Source of the DNA: Vicugna vicugna
Taxonomy: Eukaryota
Assembly (NCBI GenBank): GCA_013265495.1
Contig: MU058423.1
Coordinates: 3,859,061-3,923,060, forward strand
Direction: 5' to 3'
DNA length: 64,000 nt
Both the position numbers and the translations under genes were made by a program. The notes beneath the pieces were generated by a model. That model had not been told where the DNA came from. It ran no database searches and was given only the letters and a program-made list of their open reading frames with translations. Positions 24,750 through 35,765 of this stretch are shown here, piece by piece (position 1 is the stretch's first letter; each line of letters starts with the position of its first letter).

Positions 24750-25900
24750 GTGTTAGGCACTCAGCAGTATAAAGCAGCCCCCCTCACATGGTGATGTTTA
24801 GACGGGGAGAGCGAAATGCAGTCTGCCGAGTGCAGTGCCATGTGTTAGGGATGCGGAAGGTACCGAGGTGGTAACAACACGGACCTAGTTAATTACAGCT
24901 CGCACAGAGGCCTCTGTCAGGGAAGGCTTTGCAGAGGACAGATTCTTGAGTTGGGCTTTGAAGGAGGAACAACAGTTTGACAGGTGGCTCGGAGAGAAAG
25001 GGCTTTCTAAGGCAAGATAACAGCAGGCCTAGTGGAATCAGATATTAGAATGTATTTTGAGAACTGCAATTAATTTAGCAGTACTAGAACATAGGTTGTT
25101 TAGGTGGAAGTGGAGAGAAGTTGGAATTGGTGTGCAGAATTCCGATAATGAGGTGTCTTCGAGGTGTGGATGACGACCTGAAGCTTCTGTGGGCTTCGTA
25201 GAAGTCTAACAGGATCTGACTCACATGTAGGGACTTCACTGATGTCAGTAGAGTGAGTAGATGGTAGAGAGGATAGACTGCAAGTCAGAAGGTCAGTCAG
25301 AAGCTTGGTGTCCTGACCCATTTGAAAAAGAGCAGGGACTTGAGCCGAGGCCCTGGTAGTAGGGCTGGTTTCCAGGCGAAGGACCAAAGGTAACAGAAGT
25401 CACCACTGAGGGGGAGGAAAGAGTCTGGGGCGCCTTTTAGGTTTTGGCTTAAGTGATTGCACTGTTGGAGGTGCCATCATTCAGTGAACCATGAGCAGGA
25501 ACAATAGTAGGGTTGTGAGTGAGGGTGTGTTAGGCTTGGGCGTGTGGATTTGAGGGGCTTGTCAGACACCCAGGTTGAACTGTTTAGTTGGGCATAAGAG
25601 ACTGGGACTCAGGCGTGAGTCCTGAATTGAGCACATTCATTGGAGAACCACTGTCCCATGAGGAGATAGAGGACATTATGACAACGGTTGTGATGGAATT
25701 CTTAGAGTATTTAAAGTAAGAAAAACAGAAGACTGAGGTGAAAATCTAGGGAGCAGTACTTTCTACGGTGCAGATAAAGAAGAAAGTGTGGAAGACAAGT
25801 GAATAGGCAGACATTTAAGATGGACTGACAAATAACAACAGCTACAAACAGAGGCGCCTTATGTCTCTGAGGCCAAAGGAGAGGCTCCATCATCACGATC
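24750..25900. mobile_element. Degraded L2 LINE
   Basis: GTCAGGGAAGGCTTTGCAGAGGA...TTGAGTTGGGCTTTGAAGGAGGA...GGAGGTGCCATCATTCAGTGAA resemble L2 segments; boundaries approximate. Confidence 0.6.
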
Positions 25901-25912
25901 AAAAGCTGTGGT

Positions 25913-26032
25913 GGGGGACGGGGTACAGCTCAGTGTAGAGCGCTTGCCTAGCATGCATGAGGTCCTGAGTTCAATCCCCAGTACCTCCATTCAAAATAAA
26001 TAAGTAAATAAATCTAATTACCTGCCCCCCCC
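25913..26032 (+). mobile_element. tRNA-derived SINE, Vic-1-like (camelid)
   Basis: GGGGACGGGGTACAGCTCAGTGTAGAGCGCTTGCCTAGCATGCATGAGGTCCTGAGTTCAATCCCCAGTACCTCC with Pol III A/B boxes, then A-rich tail and CTAATTACCTGCCCCCC end; shared structure with the copy at 40866-40992. Confidence 0.85.
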
Positions 26033-26390
26033 AAAGCCATCAGGAGGCCAAGTTTGATAATGAGTGAAAAGTCTCATTTCAGTTGGCCAGGAGGGGCCTT
26101 TCATAACACCTGGGAAGAGGGTCAGTGTGATAATGGGGGACAGAATTCAGGTTCAGCTTTGAAAGGAAAATGTTTTCCAACCATTGTCTCATGTTCGTTT
26201 GATGTCTTGTTGAAGTCTTACCAAGACATTGGTATTGAATTTGATGAAATTTTTGAAAACAGAGCCTGCTTGCATCAGATTTACCATATTATGGTGCGAG
26301 TAATGATAAAAATGGTTTATTATTTAAACGTTTTCTTATATTTTGGTTTTAATTGGATGAAAGTAGTACTAAACTATATCTTCCAAATAG

Positions 26391-26459
26391 GAGCTGGTCA
26401 AACACACCATGGATCCTATGGAGAAGGCCAATCTGAAACTGGCCCTTGACGCAATGAAG
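26391..26459 (+). CDS. VAV3: VAV3 coding exon 11 (69 nt): ELVKHTMDPMEKANLKLALDAMK
   Basis: Acceptor ttccaaatAG, donor GTaaga; overlaps ORF 26409..26636. Confidence 0.97.
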
Positions 26460-28114
26460 GTAAGACAAATGCATCATTCACTTGTTTGTATTTCTTACTT
26501 TTGCCTAAAAACAATGGACTATAAACGGCTAATACATACGTATGATATGCTAGTATATAATATAATATCTGTAAGTATTTGTAGAGTTTTGCTTTTGGTG
26601 GGGAGAGCTGAAATCAGTATCTTTGCATGCATTTAATTGTTAGACAAAAACAAAACGAAGAGGTTTATTAAAATAACTTTTGTTATTTATGAAAGTATGA
26701 CAACTTTCGTAACCACCAGGAAGGATTTAATAGAAAGGTTTTACTTCACATTCCTTTTCTGGTTACTAAGAGAAAACTGTTGGCTTGTGCAAGCTGATGA
26801 CTTCGGAACACTGGCGTGACTTGTCCTCAAGTCAGGCTGTCTGCCAGGTGGACCTCTGGATGCTGTGTATCAGCACACGTGGATTGGTTTGAGTTTCTGT
26901 TTCAGGGAATAAATCTGAAAATCAAGAACTACAAGTAGATGAATGAAGGCTTTTTCAGCATATTGGGGAATCTGTAAAACCCTGATTTCCATGCTCTGCT
27001 GGACTCTGACTTTGGAAGAAATAATATTTGCCCCTAACTTAAAATTAAAACATAAGCAAATATTTGTTCTCAAAACAGAATACCAATGTGACTCTGCTCA
27101 GAGCAATGCGTAATTACTTGCCTGTGTCTCTGTGCCAATTTTAGTGTTAAGCCTGCCGTTCAGCTGACATTAATATCCTGTCAGGAAACATCACACATTT
27201 ATTATTATAAAAAAAAATCATACCAAGTTTTCCATTTTTTAAAGAGGTCGTGTATAGATACATCCTAGGAAAAGTCAGGCTTTCATTTAGAACAAAGTTA
27301 GGAACTGCTTTTTGCCAGGGTTCTGTTCCTGCTGTTACAGATGAATGTAAGAGGGTAGAGAAAAAAGGAAAAGAGCCCAGAAAGCAGGAAAAATCTGGAG
27401 CACATATAATAAAAATAGCTGGTTACAGTATCGGAAGATTAGCTCATGTTCCCTCAAATATGAGAAAAGACATTTTAAAATAGGTGAAGGCACACGGAGA
27501 AGCAGGGCCAGCGCTGTCTGTGTGCTGCGGGTCATTTTCCTGTTCTCTGGCTTCTCTGCCCTCTTTACTTCCCCACTATTAACTCTTTGAAATTGAACTG
27601 GCCTCCTGGACAGAATGCTCTCAGGAGCTAAGACACTAGCTGGATGCAGACAACAGTCCTGCTGGATTCGCTGTCTCACTCTGAGTTACTTTTTCCTCCC
27701 GGCTCATCTTTGATGATTGTCCTGATTCTAACCCAAGTGCAAATGTGATTCCCTCAAGGTCAGCCGTTAACGCGTGTGGAATTTACATTCTCCCGACCTG
27801 GTTTCCTGTTTGGTGTTCGCCCTGGCAGCATATTTTGTTGGTTGTTGTTTTTCATCCTTGCTCTTTTCGGTGGAGGGAGGGTGGGGGGTGGTGAATGACA
27901 AGGCTTTAGTCCTCCCAGCTGTAGGCCAGACAGCGCTAAATTGCTTTTGAGATGCAGCTCTGATTGACTGGGCGTTCATTTGATTGTCACTGAGAAGTTA
28001 CGGTGGTAACTCTGACCACTAATGAAATTAATGATGTGCTTTCTTTCAAACCGTTCTCATCTCTTGTCTAATCTTATCCTGCTTCTTTTCTCTGCCCCTC
28101 TCTTTGTTCTTTAG

Positions 28115-28201
28115 GACTTGGCACAATATGTGAATGAAGTGAAAAGAGATAATGAGACCCTTCGTGAAATTAAACAGTTTCAGCTATCTATAGAAAATCT
28201 G
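28115..28201 (+). CDS. VAV3: VAV3 coding exon 12 (87 nt): [29 protein letters not shown]
   Basis: Long polypyrimidine tract and tttAG acceptor, donor GTatgt; end of DH domain (NEVKRD). Confidence 0.98.
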
Positions 28202-29671
28202 GTATGTAATTATCTATTCCATCCAGCCTCCCCAGCCCACAAGCTGGGGGACGTTCTAGGAGTTGTTTTTGAAGGAAAGATAGTTTACCTTCAAGTTCCT
28301 GTTGTTCCGGATTTTGTTTTTTTTTTTCCCTGAGGTCTCTTTGGCAGCCTCCGTATGGATGTCTGGTGGCACCTGGGACACATCCTTGTCCAGAGACTTT
28401 CTGCCATGGCTGCCGTTCTCACCGCTGTCACACGGTGATCCCTCTTCACCCAGCAGTCCCAGTTCTGAACACTGGAGTCCTTTTTTTTCTTGTCTTTTCC
28501 TCACCCTCCTACATACTGATGGTGGAGTCCTGTTACTTAATTCATTTTATGTGTATTTACTGGGTGACCCCTGGTGCTTGGGACTGGGGCTGCAACTCTG
28601 AACAGCATGGTCTCTGAGTTGAGGAGACAGTAGAAGGAGTTTAAAAATACTCTGTTGAGATCAGCTCTGTGACCAGGTTGCTGCAACAGAGGATGGTGAG
28701 GGGAGGCCCAGTTTAGATAAGACAGCCAGAAAAAGTCCGTCTGAGTCATTTGTCACTTGAGCCTGAAGAAGCCAGTGACACAGGGGTCTGTGGAGAGAGG
28801 ATTCCAGGCCGAAGCCTTAGCAGGTGAATGGCCCAGAGATGGGCAAGAAAGAGCCAGGGCTGTCCGAGAAGCTGAAAGGCAAGAGAGGCTGGAAGCTGAC
28901 AGCAAAAGGAAGGAGGGTGGGCTGTGCAGTGGGGGAGGTGCAGGAGACCTGCAGCCCCCAGCCTGGGGGCCGAGGAGGCGTGTGTGACCAGAGGGCTTCA
29001 CAGTCCGACCTACATGTTGAGGAAGCCCTTTCAGCAGGCAGCCGGGCAGCAGGTTGTTGAGGTGGTTCCCAGAGAGGGATGACGGAGGCTGGGTGAAGCT
29101 GTGGGTGGGGAGACAGAGCTGAGTGAATGGATTTAAGAGACTTTTCTTGGTAGAGCAATGTTAGTGCTCCTTTCTCTGAAACATCGTGAGTCTGGGTGTC
29201 GTTCCACACATGCAGCCTGTTCCCCGTTGCAGGACTTCATGGGCCACCTTTCCGGTTACGGTAGCCGCTCATCACCTCTTCACGTAGTCCATTTCCAAAC
29301 TGCGGATTTCTCAGTTCTTCTCTCCTTCCAAGTCTTGTCGAAACTTTCTGTTACCTTCAAGACTCAATCAGTATTCCTTAGCAAGATATCAAGGCCCTCA
29401 GTGATTTGGCCTTAAACTATTTCCCTAAACGTATCCAGCTAATAAGTGTCCACATGCTTTGTCTCACAGCTCCCCTGCTGCGTTGCGAGGTCTCCGATTT
29501 GCCATGCGTTTTTGTAGTTCTGCCTTTGATTATAATGTCAAAGCCTGGAATAATATCTTTTTTCATTATTCCTTATCATATTTCTTCAAGGTCCAACTGA
29601 AATTAATTCTTTCCCTAATCCCTCATCTCCCTTTCTCTTTGTAATTCCATAGCACGTGGCCTGGATGGCTG

Positions 29672-30532
29672 TTTTTTTTTAATTGTGGTAAAATACATAT
29701 AAAACGTGAACTTTACCATGTGTAGGTAGGCGGTTTTGTGACATCAGATGCAGTCATCCTGTTGTGCGGCCACCACCATCATCCATTGTCAGAACTCTTT
29801 TCATCTTGCAAAACCGAAGCTCTCTCTCTAGGAACACCAACTCCTCCGTCCTCCTGGACCCTGGGAACCGCTGCTCTACTCTCTGTCCTTACGAAGGATT
29901 AGATATTGATACTTACCACGCTTTTGTTCGCACATATTTTCTCACGTTCTGTGGGTTGCCTTTTCGCTCGGGTGTCCTCTGCACGAAATTTTCATTTTTG
30001 CTAAAGTCCATCTTATCGATCTTTTGTTGCCTGTGCTCTTCGTGTCATATCTAAGAAATCATTGCTAAATCCAATGTTATAAACCTTTCCCCCTATGTTT
30101 TCTTCTAAAAGCTTTATATTTTTAGCTCTTTGATCCACTTGGAGTTAATTTTTGGATTCCATATAAAGGAAGGGTCCAGCTTCATTCTTTTGTCTGTGCA
30201 TGCCCGGTTCCCCAGCACCATTTGTTGGAAAGGCTCTCCTGTCAGCCATTGAGTGGTCTTGGCACTCTTGTCTAAAATCATTTGGCCATCTATGTGAGGG
30301 CTTATTTCTGGATGTTCTGTTCTACTCCATTGGTTTAGAAGTCTGTGTTGATGCCAGTTGCATACTGTTTAATAGCTTTGTACTAAGTTTTGAGATCGGG
30401 GAGTATGAGACCCCAACCTTGTTCTTTTTTAAGATTGTTTTACCTATTAAGGGTCCCTTGTGATTCCACATGAATTGAAGGATGGAGTTTTCTGTTTCTG
30501 CCAAAAACATCATTGGAATTTTAGTAGGAAAC
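29672..30532 (-). mobile_element. Old L1 (L1MB-like): 3' end joined to an ORF2 fragment
   Basis: TTTTTTTAATTGTGGTAAAATACATATAA 3' end; minus ORF 30322..30534 (PTKIPMMFLAETENSILQFMWNHKGPLIGKTILKKNKVG) resembles L1 ORF2p. Confidence 0.85.
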
Positions 30533-31281
30533 ATTTATTTTTATACTTTCTTGCAGTACAGTTAATTAATTACCTATCTATCTTTTTTCTTAGAATACAT
30601 GCATCTAGGTGTTAGTGATCATTTTCAGTCAATTCTTTTTTCCTTTATCACCTTAGTTAGGTGCTCATAAATACTTAAAACTTTTTATCGTCTGTCTCTG
30701 GGGAAATGGCTCATTATTTTTAATCATTAAGTCAGAACTTTTCATTCCTGAGATCTTTACTCAGGGAAGCCATTCTCGACTCCCGAAACCAAATTATGTC
30801 CCCCAGCCATGCGTGCTTCCTCTGCTCTTCCTTCGTGACTGTCACACATTTGTCATCATTTACTTCCGTGAATGTTTGTTCCCGCAATGGGCAGTATGTT
30901 TCAGGAGGGCAGAGTCTGGGTCAGTCTGCCCTGTGCCTGTTACAGTGGCTGGGACAAAGCGGATGCTCAGTAAATATTTGTTGCTGTAACTTCCTTGTGA
31001 TTTGAATTTTTCCAATTCTCTCCTTCTGTAGCTAACTCCTTCATTAGGCTTGTAAGTGGAATCGGTTAATGTCCTCAGCATGCCTTCTGGGATGACCAAG
31101 GACAAGCTTTGTTTCAAAGCGTATTATGTTGATCTGAGGTTTTTAGAGTCTATGTGCTAAAAATGTAAAATGATAAAACTTGTTATATAATAAGGTTATG
31201 GTCCCCAAGAAGCCTCACTAATGCTTATTTCTGTTTTTATGTGATTGTGAAAAACTGAGACATGTAAATTTTACATTTTAG

Positions 31282-31367
31282 AACCAACCAGTTTTGCTTT
31301 TTGGACGACCTCAGGGAGATGGTGAAATTCGGATAACCACTCTAGACAAGCATACAAAACAAGAAAG
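31282..31367 (+). CDS. VAV3: VAV3 coding exon 13 (86 nt): NQPVLLFGRPQGDGEIRITTLDKHTKQE(R)
   Basis: Acceptor cattttAG, donor GTgaga; start of PH domain. Confidence 0.97.
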
Positions 31368-32329
31368 GTGAGAAGGATCAGTGCTCACTTTCAAAATAAG
31401 TAATTAGTAGCAGGAGATTGAGAAAATCTTAAAAATTGAGTTCCTCCAGGACAAAGGAGGGAAACAAAGGCAGAAAGATAAGGGGACGGACCAATCTATG
31501 TTTTTTAAATTCCCCATGTAGGTATGATAATGTTGTTCTGGATTCTGTTGATTTGCCTAAGTTTGAGTTCTTAGGAAGGAAATGACAAATATAAAACATC
31601 AGCCGAAGTGAAAAAGTCCATGAAAATGAGCATAGTGACAGAGCAGTAATAGACAGCTACCATAAAAGCACAATTGTTTGTTTGTTTGTTTATTTATTTT
31701 GCTATACATTTTAAAGTAACTAAAAATAATACAGAATGTTCTAAGAAGGAAGTCCAAGTGAGGACCATTTAGTGAGACTTTTTTGAGGGAGGTTTGTAGG
31801 TGGAGTCTGTAAAGATCAGTGAGCTTGGCCTGGTGTCCCTAATTATACACATGTGATTGTCAAACTGATTTATTTGGTTGAAATGGCCATTTTCTGGATC
31901 CTTTGGAGACTGGAAAGTCAGCCAGCAGGGGGCAGCATCAGCTCTTGCTTCCATCTAAATACCCAGGCTCTAAAGGTAGCTGCCAGAAGATACATGTCCT
32001 TTTAGCCTCTCCAGGAAAATAGGCTTGGAAAGTGATGCAAGTAATAGAGCTGTGCGACTGTATTGTCACCGTCATCGTTTAAAAAAATGTGTGCATGTTA
32101 ATCACCAACTGAGAGTTTTCGAAAAGGTGCGAGTATGGGTGTTGAATGTCAGGATTAGCAGGTTTGTCTTCTCCCGCAGTTACATTGTTTTTACTGAGAT
32201 AGAAGGGAAATCTCAACATATAGATGTAACCGTAATTTCTCTAGCTTCTGTTTGGGTCACATAACACTCAGTTTGTGGTTCAGGCGGTCCATTAAGTCAC
32301 GAGGAAATACTTAACAGGGTAGACGCGTG

Positions 32330-32560
32330 AGTTCCCCGAGTAGACCCAAGTGTGGATCCTGCCTGGCACCCACTGGCCATGTGACCTTGATAAAGTCCTC
32401 TCACTTCTCTGAGCCTCAAGCCATCTCCCCAGCAAAACGAAGGTATAATAATACCTATCTCAGGAGATGGTCCTGGGGAATTAAATTAAGGGAGTCATCT
32501 TCATGGAAGGGATTCTGACTGACTCCTAGTAACATGAGTAGATGGTAACTGCTATTGTCA
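32330..32560. mobile_element. MIR SINE remnant
   Basis: GTGACCTTGATAAAGTCCTCTCACTTCTCTGAGCCTCA...ATAATAATACCTATCTCAGGAG...GGGGAATTAAATTAAG. Confidence 0.75.
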
Positions 32561-32901
32561 TTAATATTATTCCATAAATGTTTACCTTTTAAACTAAAAG
32601 AAAAAAAAAGAGTACTGTCTCGTGCACAACTCTTTTTGGCTTAATTGTTCCTGACAACAACTCCCACAGCGTGCATATCATTCTCATTATAATTTTGCCT
32701 ATTTTTTAAGTGAGGAAACTGAGGTACAGCAAGGTCATTCATTTAGTAAAGGGCAGTGCCAGGACACACACACAGTTCATTCCTTTCAGACACTGCCTTT
32801 GTCTTTAACTCACAGGAAAAATCAAATTTTACCTGGGAAGAATTAACCCACATGCTTCCAAACCATTTAAATCAATCTCTCTTTCTCTTTCTCTCTCTCA
32901 G

Positions 32902-33034
32902 GCATATCTTCTTATTTGATCTGGCAGTGATTGTATGTAAAAGGAAAGGTGATAACTATGAAATGAAGGAAATAATAGATCTTCAGCAGTACAAAATAGC
33001 CAACAATCCTACAACTGATAAAGAAAATAAAAAG
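32902..33034 (+). CDS. VAV3: VAV3 coding exon 14 (133 nt): (R)HIFLFDLAVIVCKRKGDNYEMKEIIDLQQYKIANNPTTDKENKK
   Basis: (CT)-rich acceptor ending cAG, donor GTgaat; PH-domain RHIFLFD motif; seen in ORF 32756..33052. Confidence 0.98.
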
Positions 33035-33427
33035 GTGAATTCTTGGAAATGAATAACTGATTTACTCGTAACTTTGACTATTCAAAGAAAGTGGGCTGCT
33101 AGATTAATGTGAGAGGCAGTTTATCGATCCAGGTGTTTTTGTTTCTAGAGATTAATTAGAAGCAAGCCTCTGTGAGAAACAATTGGACAGTGCCACGGCT
33201 GATATGATCACCTCAAATGCCTTAATGATCAAGGCAGCAAAATGCATTTGGCATAGCAGTCGTTACAGATACGAAATTGGCTACAATCATCTTGATTGTT
33301 CACAGTTTGTATGATGATAAGGCTGTGAGAGGTTTGTGGATGATTCTGGCAGTGTGTTAGTGAATTTGGAAACCTGATGTTATTAATGAATGATATCTAT
33401 TAACCCGAGGAATGTTAATTTTAACAG

Positions 33428-33537
33428 TGGTCTTACGGCTTCTACCTCATCCACATCCAAGGACAAAATGGGTTGGAATTTTATTGCAAAACAAAAGATT
33501 TGAAGAAAAAATGGCTGGAACAGTTTGAAATGGCTTT
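33428..33537 (+). CDS. VAV3: VAV3 coding exon 15 (110 nt): [36 protein letters not shown](L)
   Basis: Acceptor ttaacAG, donor GTgagt; PH-domain C-terminal helix with the conserved Trp. Confidence 0.98.
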
Positions 33538-35299
33538 GTGAGTATCTCTGCTTTTAAAAGTGCTTTTTTTCTATTGCATAAGTCTCTTACAAACAATAGG
33601 CTAAGAATAAATGTACTCTAATGTTTGTAGCATGCATGCAGAGGCCGTGAAAACACTCTGCTCCGAGCATGAGTGCTATGCTGCCGTCTGCTTGATAACT
33701 TTGGTCTCTGCAGAGATGTTTTGGCGAATTTCTTCAAGAAAAAGAAAGAGGGAGCTCTAATCTTCTGTTTGACTTTCTTATGGGCATATTTAATTCTTTA
33801 GCTTTCACCAGTCCCTGAAAATATTAATTACTCTAATGATAAACTTCTAATATAATTGCCATGTTCTGTATACATCTTTAAATTAAAGAGAAATACCCCC
33901 AAACACATACAAATCCATGTATCCATATGAACACATCTTTTAGTTTTAATAGAAAGATTGATTTCTTCCTCCTGTTTTGTTTTTAACTCATTTATTTGAA
34001 TTCTGGGCAAATGGCTTGACATATTCAATGAATGCTTCAAGGATGTGATTTCTTTCAGGGTTCTTTCCTTTTATTAAAGTGGAGCTGAACAAGGAAGTGG
34101 GGAATAAATCAGAACTGTTACAAAAGGAATGGCATAAAGAGATGTAATTATATAAGAACATGTCACTGTAGGGGTCTCTTTTCAGTTTTGAGGTTTATGG
34201 ATTAAAAGGTGCATAATGACCCTTGTTGTGAAACATATAGGTCACCCTGAAATTGAAACTGTTAACAGAAGGTGAAATTAAGGGAAAAAAATACACTTTT
34301 GTAATCTACTTCATTTGTATTCTAGCATTATTTACTTTTTGTAGACAAATTCTATCAGATTTTTTTGTTTGCTTTTTCTTTTGCTTTGTTTTTGTAAGTG
34401 TTCACATTAATGTAAAATGGAGCAAGGATTAGAATATTTTTATTGTAGTTCTGAACTGAGAAAAATAGAAATTTTCTTTAGATGATTTTCTCTAACGTTT
34501 TGAGAGAGAGGATTGTGCAGCTAACATATTTTTCAGCCCATGGACAATTCTGGATCCAGCAGTAACCACTGCCATGAACTGGGTGCATAGTCTTAGCCGA
34601 TTTGTTTATCCTTTCAGAGCCTCAGTTTCCTCCTCTGTAAAATAGGGATAATAGTATTTTGAATTCAAGATACTTTGTGTCAAGCAGAGTGGCGGCCACA
34701 CGGTACAGCGGCAGTGATAAGTATTGAACAGCGAGTGGTAGCTGTTGTTACCACTATTACTTAATATTGTTTTATATTTTGGATCCTAATAAAATCAGAG
34801 GGCATTTTTCAGTATACTATGATAGTTCTTAACATTTATTATTATTGATTATAACAACTAAACAGAAAAGCTTAGCAGTTGTGCGCATCAATAAAATGAG
34901 TATTCTACAGGGACCTCCCTGGTTTGGGGCACCGATGATGAAGTTGGTGACCTCTGCCCAGTCTCTGATGAACAGTGGGCTACAACATAAACCTAGTGTG
35001 CTGTTGTAGTGAGGTTTCAAGCGATAGCCTGCACTTGGACTGGAGCAGTTGGGGTTGGGGTGACAGGATGCTGGGGTTCTGATACTGTGAAAAGGCAGAG
35101 CTGATCTCAAGCCTTCACTCTTGTGGAAAGGTTACTGGGCTGGTATTTTCTTATGGATTCTGTTTGGCTCTATAATCGTTACATGAGTGAAGGAATTTCT
35201 GCAGAGGAGGGAAGCTAAATGTCTTGTCCAGAGAAGGCAGGCTCCTTGGACTATGTAACAGGCTTATCACTTAATATTTTGTTCAGTTGATATAAATTA

Positions 35300-35765
35300 A
35301 AAACAGCTAAGCTCTGGATACAAGAGACTCAACAAGATGGATGCTTATCTCTCTTTTTCATGTAAAAGAGTCTGGGGTAGGTAGACAGGGGTGGTACTGT
35401 GGATCTCTGGAGTACTGTCGGGAACCCAAGCGCAGATCTTCCTGCTCTGCCAATTTCACCCTTTGGCTTCTGTCCTCAGGGTTGGCCAACCTTGTCATCC
35501 AGAATATCTGCTGGAGCTCCAGCCATCACATCTACATTCTTGGCAGCAGAAAGTGATCCTCATTTTTAAGGATCCTTTGCAGAAATGCTATAAACTTCTG
35601 TTATGTAATATTGATTAGCACATTGTCACGTGGCCACATCTGACAAGGGAGCCTAGGAAATACCGTCTTCATTCTGTGCAAGGTTATGCTTGGCTAAGAG
35701 TCAAGGTTCTCTTATTGTGGGAGGAAAGAGAAATGGGTAGTTGTAGGCAACTGTCAGTCTCTGTT
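35300..35765. mobile_element. MaLR LTR remnant (MLT1-like)
   Basis: GGAGCTCCAGCCATCACATCTACATTCTTGGCAGCAG...GTCACGTGGCCACATCTGACAAGGGAGCCTAGGAAAT resemble old MLT1 subfamilies; boundaries approximate. Confidence 0.6.

Noticed and set aside
25913..25990. tRNA-like sequence (Ala-type A/B boxes)
   Set aside because: Followed by an A-rich SINE tail, and a second diverged copy is present; it is a SINE head, not a tRNA gene.
28222..28250. CCCCAGC-CCACAA-GCTGGGG hairpin after the exon 12 donor
   Set aside because: A 7-bp stem that does not overlap the splice site; no evidence of function, and bacterial-type terminators do not apply here.
31047..31813. TDSTYKP peptide in two minus-strand ORFs; 23-nt near-repeat at 31047-31069 and 31791-31813 (18/23 identical) flanking exon 13
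   Set aside because: Similarity does not extend further and there is no splice or ORF context; consistent with chance.
31262..33426. AT-rich palindromes at the exon 13 (ATGTAAA-T-TTTACAT) and exon 15 (TGTTAA-TT-TTAACA) acceptors
   Set aside because: Stems are short and AT-rich with 1-2 nt loops; too unstable and expected by chance.
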